From Candidatus Limnocylindrales bacterium (GTDB taxonomy: Bacteria; Chloroflexota; Limnocylindria; Limnocylindrales; CSP1-4): DNA of 64,000 bases. The stretch covers positions 27,745-91,744 of the forward strand of contig JBBRNM010000001.1 of NCBI GenBank assembly GCA_038230295.1, in the 5' to 3' direction. The notes beneath the pieces are model-generated. The model was given only the letters and a program-made list of their open reading frames with translations. It made no database searches and had not been told where the DNA came from. Below, piece after piece: positions 30,822 through 40,033 of this stretch; the stretch's first letter is position 1; the number at the start of each line of letters is the position of its first letter. Position numbers and translations under genes: made by a program.

Positions 30822-33728
30822 ATGGCGAAGGCCGCGTCGACGCGCAACCCAGCTGCCGCTCCGGCTGCCCCTCGGGCCGCCGCGCGCGGCGCGGCTGGCA
30901 GCGCCCACGCCGCGGGCGACGTCGCGCCGGTCAAGCGCCCGCGCGCTCGCAAGGCCACGAACGGTTCGGGGCCGCGCCCGGAGCCCACCCTGCGGATCCT
31001 CGAGACGCGGATCCTGCGGGGCCCGAACTATTGGTCGCGCGCGCCGGTCGTTCGCATGCTCGTCGACCTCGGCGTCCTCGAGCAGTTCCCCTCGAACACG
31101 ATCCCCGGGTTCGTCGAGGGCCTGCTGACGTACCTGCCGTCGCTCGAGGACCACGCCTGCTCGCTGAACCGGCGCGGCGGCTTCGTGACCCGCCTCCGGG
31201 ACGGCACGTGGGCGGGCCATGTCGCGGAGCACGTGGCGCTCGAGCTCCAGAACCAGGCCGGGACCCCGGTCCGCCACGGCAAGACTCGCGGTGCCGGCGT
31301 CGAGGGCCAGTACAACGTCGTCTTCGAGTTTGGCGAGGAGGCGGTCGGCATCGAGGCCGGCAAGCTCGCGGTCCGGATCGTGAACCACCTCGTCGCGCCC
31401 AATGATCCGGCCACCGAGCTCGACTTCATGGCCGAGCTCGAGCGGCTCATCCGGCTCGCCGAGAAGCAGGGATTTGGACCGTCGACCCAGGCGATCCTCG
31501 ACGAAGCCGCATCGCGCGACATCCCGTATCTCCGGCTCGACCGGTTCTCACTCGTCCAGCTCGGCCAGGGCGTCCACCAGCAGCGGATCCGAGCGACGAT
31601 GACCTCGAAGACCTCGGGGATCGCCGTCGACATCGCCAGCGACAAGAACCTCACGAACCGGCTGCTCGATTCTGCGGGCCTGCCCGTACCGAAGTCGGAA
31701 GTCGTCACGACGGCCGACGCGGCCGTGATCGCCGCCCGACGGATCGGCTTCCCAACAGTCGTGAAGCCGCTCGACGGCAACCACGGCCGGGGCGTCCATC
31801 TCGATCTCCAGTCCGACGATGACGTCCGGCGCGGCTTCGAGGGCGCGGTCGGCCAGACGCGATCCGGAGAGGTCGTCGTCGAGACGTACATCCACGGCAA
31901 CGACTACCGCTGCCTCGTCATCGGCGGGGTGGTCGCGGCGATCGCGGAGCGGGTGCCGGCCTCGGTCATCGGCAACGGCAAGGCGACGGTCCAGCAGCTG
32001 GTCGACCAGACGAATGCGGACCCGCGGCGCGGCATCGGCCACGAGAAGGTCCTGACCCGGATCAACATCGATGCGGCGGCGGTGGAGCTCGTCCGGGGCC
32101 AGGGGCTGGCCCTCGACGCGGTCCCGGCGAAGGGCGTCCGGGTGAAGCTCGCACTGACCGGCAACATGTCGACCGGCGGGACGTCGATCGATCGGACGAC
32201 CGAGGCCCACCCGGACAACGTCGAGATCGCGGAAATGGCGGCCCGGGTCGTCGGCCTCGATGTCGCGGGCATCGACTTCATCTGCCCGGACATCACGGTG
32301 CCGGTCCGGGAGACGGGCGGCGCGATCGTCGAGGTCAACGCGGCGCCGGGCTTCCGGATGCACACCCACCCGACCGAGGGCGAGCCGCAATACGTGGCCA
32401 AGCCGGTCATCGACCTGCTGTTCCCGCCCGGTGCCGGGGCCCGCATCCCGATCCTGGCCGTGACCGGCACGAACGGCAAGACGACGACCGTCCGGATGAT
32501 CGCCCACATCCTGAAGTTCATGGGCCGCCGCGTCGGGATGACCTCGACCGACGGGATCGTCGTCGATGGTCGAACGATCCGGCGGGGCGACATGTCGGGC
32601 CCGAAGTCGGCCCGGATGATCCTCCAGAACCCGACGGTCGACACCGCGGTCTTCGAGGTCGCGCGGGGCGGGATCCTGCGAGAGGGCCTGGGCTTCGACC
32701 GGGCGGACGTCGCCGTCGTCACCAACGTGACCGCCGACCATCTCGGGCTCGGCGGGATCGAGACGCTCCGGCAGCTCTCGGACGTGAAGGGCGTGCTCGT
32801 CCAGGCCGTGCCGCGATCGGGCAGCGCGGTCCTGAACGCCGACGACCCGTACGTCGCTCGGATGGCCCGGGAGTGTCGGGGCGCCATCGTCCTCTTCTCG
32901 ATGGAGACCGAGAAGGGCAGTCGCGGCTTCGATCGCGTCGATGGCCACTGCGGCCGCGGCGGTGCCGCGTTCGTGATCCGGAAGACGCCCGAGGGCGACC
33001 AGATCGTGCTTCGCCACGGGCCCCGGACCATGCCCGTGCTGTACACCCACCTCGTGCCCGCCACGTTCGGCGGGAAGGCCCGAATGAACGTCGCGAATGC
33101 GCTCGCGGCAGCGGCGGCGGCCTGGGCGGCCGGCGCCCACCTGCACGACATCCGGCAGGGCCTGCGAACCTTCACGACCTCGTTCTTCCAGGCTCCCGGC
33201 CGGCTGAACTACCTCGAGGTCGGGGGGATCCGGCTGATCATCGACTACTGCCACAACGTCGACGGGATGCGGAACCTCGCCGATTTCGTCGGCCGGATGA
33301 TGGCCGACGGCACGACGGGCCCCGGCCGGCGAGGGCGCGCGATCGGGGTCATCGGCATGCCCGGCGATCGGCGCGACGAGGACATGGGGGAGTACGGCGC
33401 ACTTGCCGCCGGCGCCTTCGATGAGATCATCGTTCGCGAGGACCGGAACCTGCGGGGCCGTGCGCCGGGGGTCACCGCCGAGATCGTGGCCGATGGGGCA
33501 CGGCACGCCCGAACCGAGTCCGGCGGCCGGCCGGTCCGGGTCGACAAGGTCCTCGACGAGCTGACGGCCGTCCGATCCGCGCTCCGCCGGGCCGATCGGG
33601 GCGATTTCATCGTCGCCTGCGTCGACGACGCGGTTGCGGTGTACAAGGAGGCCATGTTGGCGGCCGGCCAGACGCTCGGAACGACGGCCTTCGCCGACCC
33701 CGGCGAGCTCGAGGCGCCCGAGGGGTAG
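30822..33728 (+). CDS. cphA: cyanophycin synthetase CphA (N domain + ATP-grasp + Mur-ligase-like M domain)
   Basis: …LRILETRILRGPNYWS… N domain, ATP-grasp region and M-domain P-loop VTGTNGKTTT. It is preceded by an Ala/Arg-rich extension of about 55 aa. The ATG lies 3 nt after cphB. Confidence 0.88.
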   Translation: MAKAASTRNPAAAPAAPRAAARGAAGSAHAAGDVAPVKRPRARKATNGSGPRPEPTLRILETRILRGPNYWSRAPVVRMLVDLGVLEQFPSNTIPGFVEGLLTYLPSLEDHACSLNRRGGFVTRLRDGTWAGHVAEHVALELQNQAGTPVRHGKTRGAGVEGQYNVVFEFGEEAVGIEAGKLAVRIVNHLVAPNDPATELDFMAELERLIRLAEKQGFGPSTQAILDEAASRDIPYLRLDRFSLVQLGQGVHQQRIRATMTSKTSGIAVDIASDKNLTNRLLDSAGLPVPKSEVVTTADAAVIAARRIGFPTVVKPLDGNHGRGVHLDLQSDDDVRRGFEGAVGQTRSGEVVVETYIHGNDYRCLVIGGVVAAIAERVPASVIGNGKATVQQLVDQTNADPRRGIGHEKVLTRINIDAAAVELVRGQGLALDAVPAKGVRVKLALTGNMSTGGTSIDRTTEAHPDNVEIAEMAARVVGLDVAGIDFICPDITVPVRETGGAIVEVNAAPGFRMHTHPTEGEPQYVAKPVIDLLFPPGAGARIPILAVTGTNGKTTTVRMIAHILKFMGRRVGMTSTDGIVVDGRTIRRGDMSGPKSARMILQNPTVDTAVFEVARGGILREGLGFDRADVAVVTNVTADHLGLGGIETLRQLSDVKGVLVQAVPRSGSAVLNADDPYVARMARECRGAIVLFSMETEKGSRGFDRVDGHCGRGGAAFVIRKTPEGDQIVLRHGPRTMPVLYTHLVPATFGGKARMNVANALAAAAAAWAAGAHLHDIRQGLRTFTTSFFQAPGRLNYLEVGGIRLIIDYCHNVDGMRNLADFVGRMMADGTTGPGRRGRAIGVIGMPGDRRDEDMGEYGALAAGAFDEIIVREDRNLRGRAPGVTAEIVADGARHARTESGGRPVRVDKVLDELTAVRSALRRADRGDFIVACVDDAVAVYKEAMLAAGQTLGTTAFADPGELEAPEG

Positions 33729-33731
33729 TTT

Positions 33732-35447
33732 CTAGCCCTTCGATGCGGGGAGCAGCGCCGTGAGCTCGGCGATCGAGTCCACGGCCTGGAACCCGCGTTC
33801 CTCGAGCAAGCTGAAGACGGCACCGCGGTCCTCGTGGCAGAGCAGCGCGATGACCCGCAAATCGCGCTCGCTCGACTCGGCGTCGCGGTCGAGCTCGCCG
33901 CGCAACGCGGCGGGCTCCGACTCGTAGACCGGAATCTCGTCCTTCCAGCCGGCGCCGAGCGCACCTGCCCGAATCTCGCCGATGACGCCCGCCCGGCTTC
34001 GACCTCGAAGGTACGCGAGCGTCTCCTTGATCGCGATTCGGTTCGCTCGCTCGGCCGCGATCCGGCCCAGGCCGCGCAGCGTGTCGTCGGGCCGGTCGCC
34101 GGCGGTTCCGATGATTGCGGTCACTGGGGCGCCTGCGGCGATCGCCTCGGCGACATCGAACAGTGCCTGGATCCCCGCCTCGTTGTGGGCGAAGTCGACG
34201 ATGACGACGTGGCGTTCGCCCCGGAAAACGTTCAGACGGCCGGGTGAGGCACCCGCCGTCGGCCGGAAGTCGACAAGGCCGCGCCGCACCTCCGAGATCG
34301 TGGCTCCGAGGGCTCGGGCGCCAGCCGCGGCGGCGAGGGCGTTCGCGATGTTGTGCTGGGCGAAGCCGCCGAATGCGATCGGCACCTCGCGGACCTCGGC
34401 GATGGGCCGCCAGGTGGACCCTTCGGCCTCGCCGAGCATCCCGTCGCGAACGAGATACGCTCGCCGGCCGGCCCGCAGATGGCGCCGCACCACGGCGGAC
34501 CGATCGCCCTGGAGCGTGAAGTACGCGACGTTGGCCCTGACCCGCCGCGCGATTGGCGCGACGTACCGATCGTCCGCGTTCAGGACGACCCAGCCGTCCC
34601 TGCGCGTGATCAGGCAGATGGTCGCCTTGACCTCGGCGAGCTCGGGCAGGGTGTGGATCCCCTGGAGGTCGAGGTGATCAGAGGTCACGTTCGTCAGGAT
34701 GCTCGCGTCGTTCGACTCGTAGCCAACGCCCTTGAGCACGATCCCGCCCCGCGCCGTCTCGAGGACGGCGACGTCGATGTCCGCTCGTTCGAGGATCGCG
34801 TGAGCGCCGCCGGGGCCGGTCCAGTCCCCCGGCTCCACGATCTCCTCGGCGACCATGATCCCGTCGGACGTGGTCGTCCCGACCCGGCGACCGGCGCGAG
34901 AGAGAATCCGGCTGACGAGCCGGGTGGTCGTGCTCTTGCCGTTCGTCCCGCTGATCGAGATCGCCGGCATCCGGCGCTCGGGATCCCGGATCCAGGTCGG
35001 CGGGCGGCCACCGGCTTCGGCAACGCGGCCGGACCATTGGCGGACCCGACGGGCCTGCGCGTCGGTCAAACGGGAGTCCGTGGCAACCGGCACGCCGCGC
35101 CCGGCCAGTGAGACCGCGGCATCGGCGATCGCCTGGGCCCGATCGGCGGCGTGCCATGGCCAGGTGGCGATCCAGTGGCCCGGATCGGACGAGCGATGGA
35201 CCTCGAGCCTGGCCCGGCCCTCGCCGGCCTCGAGCCGGAGGCGCCGGATCCAGCCGACGACGAGGGCGACCTCGTTCGGCCAGTCCCGGGCAGGCACGAC
35301 TGCGCCCAGCTGGATGAGCGCATGCTTCTCGGGGTCGCGCCGGCCGTACCAGCTCCGGCGGCGGCCGATCGCGATCTCCACCTTGACCACCGGCTCCAGC
35401 CGGTAGACGTTGGGACCCTCGAGCAGGCGGATCTCGATGAGGCGCAC
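33732..35447 (-). CDS. CphA-like protein with the CphA N domain fused directly to a Mur-ligase (M) domain and no ATP-grasp domain
   Basis: MRLIEIRLLEGPNVYRLEPVV… is a CphA N-domain homolog. After about 160 aa the Mur-ligase P-loop ISISGTNGKSTT follows. The protein is 571 aa and is convergent with cphA, only 3 nt apart. Confidence 0.7.
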   Translation of the reverse strand: MRLIEIRLLEGPNVYRLEPVVKVEIAIGRRRSWYGRRDPEKHALIQLGAVVPARDWPNEVALVVGWIRRLRLEAGEGRARLEVHRSSDPGHWIATWPWHAADRAQAIADAAVSLAGRGVPVATDSRLTDAQARRVRQWSGRVAEAGGRPPTWIRDPERRMPAISISGTNGKSTTTRLVSRILSRAGRRVGTTTSDGIMVAEEIVEPGDWTGPGGAHAILERADIDVAVLETARGGIVLKGVGYESNDASILTNVTSDHLDLQGIHTLPELAEVKATICLITRRDGWVVLNADDRYVAPIARRVRANVAYFTLQGDRSAVVRRHLRAGRRAYLVRDGMLGEAEGSTWRPIAEVREVPIAFGGFAQHNIANALAAAAGARALGATISEVRRGLVDFRPTAGASPGRLNVFRGERHVVIVDFAHNEAGIQALFDVAEAIAAGAPVTAIIGTAGDRPDDTLRGLGRIAAERANRIAIKETLAYLRGRSRAGVIGEIRAGALGAGWKDEIPVYESEPAALRGELDRDAESSERDLRVIALLCHEDRGAVFSLLEERGFQAVDSIAELTALLPASKG

Positions 35448-35503
35448 GGTGCAGCGAGGATAGCAACCGCCGATGGCGCACCGACCTATGCTGCGGCCGG
35501 AGG

Positions 35504-36775
35504 TTGCCCGTGACCCAGGCCCAATCGGATAGCACGACCCCGTCGCCGCCGGGAGCCGGCGTCAGCGTCGAGGACCTCGCCAAGCTGCGCGATTTTGTCT
35601 CGGCGACGCTGCCCGAGTTCCTGGGCGACCTGGAGCGCCTCAGCAACATCGACTGCGGGAGCTACTCGGCGGCTGGCGTCAACGAGGTAGCGAGCTGGAC
35701 CATGGCCGCCCTCGAAGGCGTCGGCGCCAGGGTCGAACGCCGCCCCGATCCTGCGGGCCGGTACGGCGACACGGTCATCGCGACGCTCGAGGGCGCCCCG
35801 GGCGCGGGGCCACGGATCCTCCTCATCGGCCACATGGACACCGTCTTCCCCGACGGGACCGTGGCGGCTCGCCCGTTCCGGATCGACGGCGAGATCGCCC
35901 GGGGCCCCGGCGTCAGCGACATGAAGGCCGGGCTCCTCGCGGGGGTGTACGCGCTGCGCGCGATCCGGAAGGTCGCTGCCGGCTCCGGTGAAGCATTCCC
36001 CTTCGAGCAAATCGTCTACATCGCGAATCCCGACGAGGAGGTCGGGTCGCCGTCATCGACGCCGCACATCCGGGAGGTCGCCGCTCGATCGGACGCGTGC
36101 TTCGTCCTCGAGTGCGCCCGGGCGAACGGCGACTTCGTCTCGGCTCGCAAGGGGATCGCCGATCTGAAGGTATCGATCCACGGCCGCGCTGCGCATGCCG
36201 GGGTGGAGCCCGAGAAGGGCCGCAGCGCGATCCTCGCCGGGGCCGACATGGTCAGGTCGATCCACGCCCTCAACGGCCGCTGGCCGGGCGTCACGGCCAA
36301 CGTCGGCGTGTTCACTGCCGGCACCCGGCCCAACGTCGTGCCCGAGCATGCGGAGCTCCAGGTCGACGTCAGGGGCACCACCCGTGACGCCCTCGAAGCG
36401 GCGATCGCGGCGGTCGAGGCGATTGCCGCCGGCCCGACCGTCGCCGACGTGACCGCCGAGCTCGAGACGATGGCGTCCTGGATGCCGATGGAGAAGCTCG
36501 AGCGCTCCGGGCGTCTGTGTGAGAGCACCATCGCGTTGGCGTCTCGGCTCGGGTTCGCGACGAAGGACGTGGCCACCGGCGGGGCATCGGATGCGAACAC
36601 GACCTCGGGGATGGGCATCCCCTCGATCGACGGGCTCGGCCCGGTCGGCGGGAATGACCACTCGCCGGCCGAATACCTCGACGTCGCCTCGATCGTCCCT
36701 CGAACGACGCTCCTTGCCGCCCTCCTGCTCGCGGTCGGGCGGGACCCGGTCGTCGCAAGCTGGAGACCGCGCTAG
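35504..36775 (+). CDS. M20-family metallopeptidase (glutamate carboxypeptidase/ArgE/DapE-like)
   Basis: Motifs IGHMDTV, …NPDEEVGS… and GGASDAN give the M20 metal-ligand pattern. It is divergent from the CphA-like gene. Confidence 0.8.
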   Translation: MPVTQAQSDSTTPSPPGAGVSVEDLAKLRDFVSATLPEFLGDLERLSNIDCGSYSAAGVNEVASWTMAALEGVGARVERRPDPAGRYGDTVIATLEGAPGAGPRILLIGHMDTVFPDGTVAARPFRIDGEIARGPGVSDMKAGLLAGVYALRAIRKVAAGSGEAFPFEQIVYIANPDEEVGSPSSTPHIREVAARSDACFVLECARANGDFVSARKGIADLKVSIHGRAAHAGVEPEKGRSAILAGADMVRSIHALNGRWPGVTANVGVFTAGTRPNVVPEHAELQVDVRGTTRDALEAAIAAVEAIAAGPTVADVTAELETMASWMPMEKLERSGRLCESTIALASRLGFATKDVATGGASDANTTSGMGIPSIDGLGPVGGNDHSPAEYLDVASIVPRTTLLAALLLAVGRDPVVASWRPR

Positions 36776-37128
36776 GGCAACGGGCTAGGGCAAGGGCGCG
36801 AGGCCCACGGCACGGAGGACGGCGACGAGGAGTGCCGCGAGGACCAGCCCCGTGAGGAGTCCACGACGGGCGACCACGACCGCCGCGCAGAGCCCGACCG
36901 AGAGCCACTCGACGCCGATATATGGAAGCTCGGATGGCGGGCCGCATCCAGGACGACCATCGTGTTCACGGCCGCCAGCGAGGCGAGGATCGCCGGCCCG
37001 ACGAGCCGGATGTAGGTCTGGGCGGTCGGCGGCAGCCGATGCATGCCCGGAGCCAGCAGGGGGACGGCCCGCCAGGGGTACGTCACGAGAGCCATCAGGA
37101 TCGCGAGCGGGACGAGCACCGTGCTCAT
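36772..37128 (-). CDS. azlD: AzlD-family branched-chain amino acid transport protein, apparently frameshifted (the C-terminal ~50 codons are out of frame)
   Basis: The N-terminal 68 aa are AzlD-like and hydrophobic. The -1 frame after the (AT)3 island at 36917-36922 encodes a hydrophobic AzlD-like C-terminus (…IGVEWLSVGLCAAVVVARRGLLTGLVLAALLVAVL…). Confidence 0.5.
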   Translation of the reverse strand: MSTVLVPLAILMALVTYPWRAVPLLAPGMHRLPPTAQTYIRLVGPAILASLAAVNTMVVLDAARHPSFHISASSGSRSGSARRSWSPVVDSSRGWSSRHSSSPSSVPWASRPCPSPLP

Positions 37129-37135
37129 GCGTCAG

Positions 37136-37873
37136 TCATTCCGGCGGTCGCGCGCCCAGGATGACTTCGGCCTCATGGCGACGTTCCCGCGGGCCGGGGC
37201 GAGTCGCGAGGCCGGCGAGCGGCCCGAGGAGGCCGCCGGCAAGCAGACCAGCGGCGGGATCCCACGCGAGCGACACGGCCACGGCGATGACCGCGCCGAC
37301 GATCGCGGCGACGACCTCCGGTCGGCCCGTGATCAGGCCCACCGCGAGGCCGATCATGGCGGCCGGGAAGATGACGTCGAGGCCAAAGCGGGCGGGCTCC
37401 GGGATCGAGCCGCCGAGCAGGACCCCGGCGATCGTCGCGACGTTCCACGGGATGAAGGTGACCCCGATGGCCGCCCACCAGTAGCCCGGCACATCCGCCC
37501 GGCCGATGCGCCGGAAGTGCGATACCGCGAGCGCGAACGCCTCGTCCGTCATGAAGTGGGCCATGACGGCGCGAAGCCACCGGGGACGATCCGCGAGGTA
37601 GGGAGCCAGCCCCGCCGAGTACAGGAAGTGGCGAGCGTTGACGAACGCCGTCAGGAACACGATCCCGGCCCAGGAGAAGCCTCCGAGCACGTAGCCGACG
37701 GCGGCGAACTGGGACGCGCCCCCGAACACGATGAGGCTCATCGCGCTCGCCTCGACCGGCGAGAAGCCTGCCGCGCGGGCGCTCAGGCCGTAGACGAGGC
37801 CGAATCCGCCGGCGCTGGCGACGATCCCGAGTGAGTCGACCACCAGGCGGCGGCGCGAATCGCGCAGGGACAA
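37136..37873 (-). CDS. azlC: AzlC-family branched-chain amino acid permease subunit
   Basis: Conserved core …SLIVFGGASQFAAVG…. Start assigned to an in-frame TTG (246 aa); the longer track ORF has an Arg/Pro-rich junk-like N-terminus. Confidence 0.65.
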   Translation of the reverse strand: MSLRDSRRRLVVDSLGIVASAGGFGLVYGLSARAAGFSPVEASAMSLIVFGGASQFAAVGYVLGGFSWAGIVFLTAFVNARHFLYSAGLAPYLADRPRWLRAVMAHFMTDEAFALAVSHFRRIGRADVPGYWWAAIGVTFIPWNVATIAGVLLGGSIPEPARFGLDVIFPAAMIGLAVGLITGRPEVVAAIVGAVIAVAVSLAWDPAAGLLAGGLLGPLAGLATRPGPRERRHEAEVILGARPPE

Positions 37874-37955
37874 CGTCGGCGCATCGATCGGCGCGCCTGC
37901 CCGGACCGAAGCGGGCTCGTTGCTGAGGCTGATGGCGACGAAGGACCGGCTCGGG

Positions 37956-38297
37956 CTACCGAAGAAAGGTCTTGCCGCAGGTGCCGTCGCAGACGACGTA
38001 CAGCGCGTGCAGGTCGCGGGCGTAGCCGGCCGCATGGAGGATCCCCGGACAGCCCGGCGTGGGGCACTTCCAGGTCCACCATCGCTCGTTCGTGTCCAGC
38101 GGTGTCGTCTCGGCCGTGATCTTGTCGGCCAGCCCCTCGTGGGCCTCGACGGCCTTGGCAACGCGCGCGGCGCGCTCGGGCTCGGTCTCGCTGGAGTAGG
38201 GATAGTTCTGGCCCACGTTCGAGGTCACGCGCGCCTCCGACCGTTCGAGGCCTGACTGGAATGGGGAACCGGTGACGGCTTCGTGTGAGCGCGGCAC
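37956..38297 (-). CDS. small hypothetical protein with a C-terminal zinc-ribbon-like Cys4 (CPTPGC…CDGTC)
   Basis: 113 aa with balanced composition (W, Y, K and E present). GTG start with no clear SD. It sits between GGT and azlC on the same strand. Confidence 0.35.
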   Translation of the reverse strand: MPRSHEAVTGSPFQSGLERSEARVTSNVGQNYPYSSETEPERAARVAKAVEAHEGLADKITAETTPLDTNERWWTWKCPTPGCPGILHAAGYARDLHALYVVCDGTCGKTFLR

Positions 38298-38338
38298 GTC
38301 ACCGGCGACGCGGAGTATCGCACAGGATTCGGCGCCGT

Positions 38339-40015
38339 CTACCAGACCGCGGGCAGGCCGGCGCTGCGCGGATCCGTGGCGGCTGCCACCGATCCCTCCG
38401 GGGCGGCGGGCCCGCCCTCGACCAGCTCGATCGCATGCTCGTGGCCGAGGTGGCTATCGAACGGTTGCGTTCGGGTCACGGGATGGCCCATCGCCTCGAG
38501 AGCCTCGAGCACGCCCGGGCCGAACCGGGGCTCCGCTCGCACCTCCCGCGGCGGGACGAAATGGCCCGCCGGCTCCACGAACCAGCGCGGGATCGAGATC
38601 GCGCTCCGGATATCGAGGCCGCCATCAACGAGCGCCGAGACGAGCTGGGCGTGGACCTGCGGCTGGGCGTCGCCGCCCATGGATCCAGCGACGATCCATG
38701 GCTCGGCCCGTCCCTCGCGGAAGAGCATGCCCGGCATGAGCGTGTGGAGGGTCCGCTTGCCGGGCGCGAGCACATTCGGGTGATCGGGTTCCAGCGAGAA
38801 GTAGCTGCCACGGTTCTGGTAGTGAATGCCGGTCTGGGGATCGACGACGCCCGAGCCGAAGCCCATGTAGTTCGACTCGATCAGGCTGACGGCGTTGCCG
38901 TCGCCGTCGACGGTGGCGAGGTAGATCGTGCCGCCGCCGGGCGGGTTCGTCGCGACCGGCGGATCGGAGGCCCGAACCGGGTCAATGCCCCTGGCCAGCT
39001 CGGCCGCATAGCCCTTGTCGAGCAGGTGGGCAACGGGGATGTCCATGGCCTCGGGATCCGTGAGGGCTGCGTCGCGGTCGGCCATGGCTAGCTTGGCGGC
39101 CTCGATCGCGAGATGGATCCAGCGTGCGTCACGAAGACCGTCCGGCCCGAATCCGTCCGAGCCAGGTGAATCGAACGCCTCGAGGATGTTGAGCATCTCG
39201 AGCGCCACGATCCCGGATGCGTTCGGCGGATGGGTCGTCACGCGGAGGCCGCGATAGGTCGTCTCGATCGGCTGCGTCCAGGTGGAGGTGTGATTCGCGA
39301 AGTCCGCGGGCGTGCACGAGAGCCCGAGGCCGCGCAGCGTTCGCGACTGCTGTTCGCCGAGGTCGCCGTCGTAGAACGCATCGAAGCCGGCCGTCGCGAG
39401 GTGCTCGAGGGTCCGGGCGAGCCCCGGCAGGCGAACGATCTCGCCCGGGCGCCACGGGCGGCCGGCGGGGCGATAGATCTCGAAGAACCCGGCATCCGGA
39501 CCGAGGGCCGCCGCGATCGACGGCGCGACCCGCTCGACGGCGTCGATGAAGCCGCCCCAGGCAGGAAAGCCCTCGCCGGCCAGCTCGATCGCCGGCGCGA
39601 GCACGGCCGCCCGATCGATACGCCCGAACCGCTTGTGGGCGTCGCCCCACGACCGGACCGCGCCGGGGACCGTCACCGCGAGCGCGCCACGCAGGGGCAG
39701 GCTCGTGACGCCTTGATCGCGCAGCCGGCCGGCATCGGCGCCCGCCGGGGCCCGGCCGGAGCCGTTGAGGGCGAGCTGCTGGCCGGCCGCGGCATCCCAG
39801 ATCAGCCAGAAGGCGTCGCCGCCGATCCCGCAGGCGTTGGGCATGACGACGCCGAGCACGGCGTTGGTCGCGATGGCAGCGTCGATCGCGTTGCCACCCG
39901 CGCGCAGCACGCCAAGGCCGGCCGCCGTCGCGAGATGATGGGGTGCGACGACCGCGCCGTGGCGGCCGCGCGCGGTCGGGACGGGGACGAGCGGCCCGAG
40001 GCCCGCGTCAGCCAC
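38339..40015 (-). CDS. ggt: gamma-glutamyltransferase family Ntn-hydrolase, with no signal peptide
   Basis: GGT-family sequence with the putative nucleophile region …PPGGGTIYLATVD…. It is 558 aa. Confidence 0.8.
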   Translation of the reverse strand: MADAGLGPLVPVPTARGRHGAVVAPHHLATAAGLGVLRAGGNAIDAAIATNAVLGVVMPNACGIGGDAFWLIWDAAAGQQLALNGSGRAPAGADAGRLRDQGVTSLPLRGALAVTVPGAVRSWGDAHKRFGRIDRAAVLAPAIELAGEGFPAWGGFIDAVERVAPSIAAALGPDAGFFEIYRPAGRPWRPGEIVRLPGLARTLEHLATAGFDAFYDGDLGEQQSRTLRGLGLSCTPADFANHTSTWTQPIETTYRGLRVTTHPPNASGIVALEMLNILEAFDSPGSDGFGPDGLRDARWIHLAIEAAKLAMADRDAALTDPEAMDIPVAHLLDKGYAAELARGIDPVRASDPPVATNPPGGGTIYLATVDGDGNAVSLIESNYMGFGSGVVDPQTGIHYQNRGSYFSLEPDHPNVLAPGKRTLHTLMPGMLFREGRAEPWIVAGSMGGDAQPQVHAQLVSALVDGGLDIRSAISIPRWFVEPAGHFVPPREVRAEPRFGPGVLEALEAMGHPVTRTQPFDSHLGHEHAIELVEGGPAAPEGSVAAATDPRSAGLPAVW

Positions 40016-40033
40016 GCGTCACCCGAGCAGGCG

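Noticed and set aside
38339-40015. Secreted or periplasmic GGT
   Set aside because: No signal peptide or lipobox is visible at the N-terminus (MADAGLGPLVPVP…). I annotated it as a cytoplasmic GGT-family Ntn hydrolase and did not claim canonical periplasmic GGT function.
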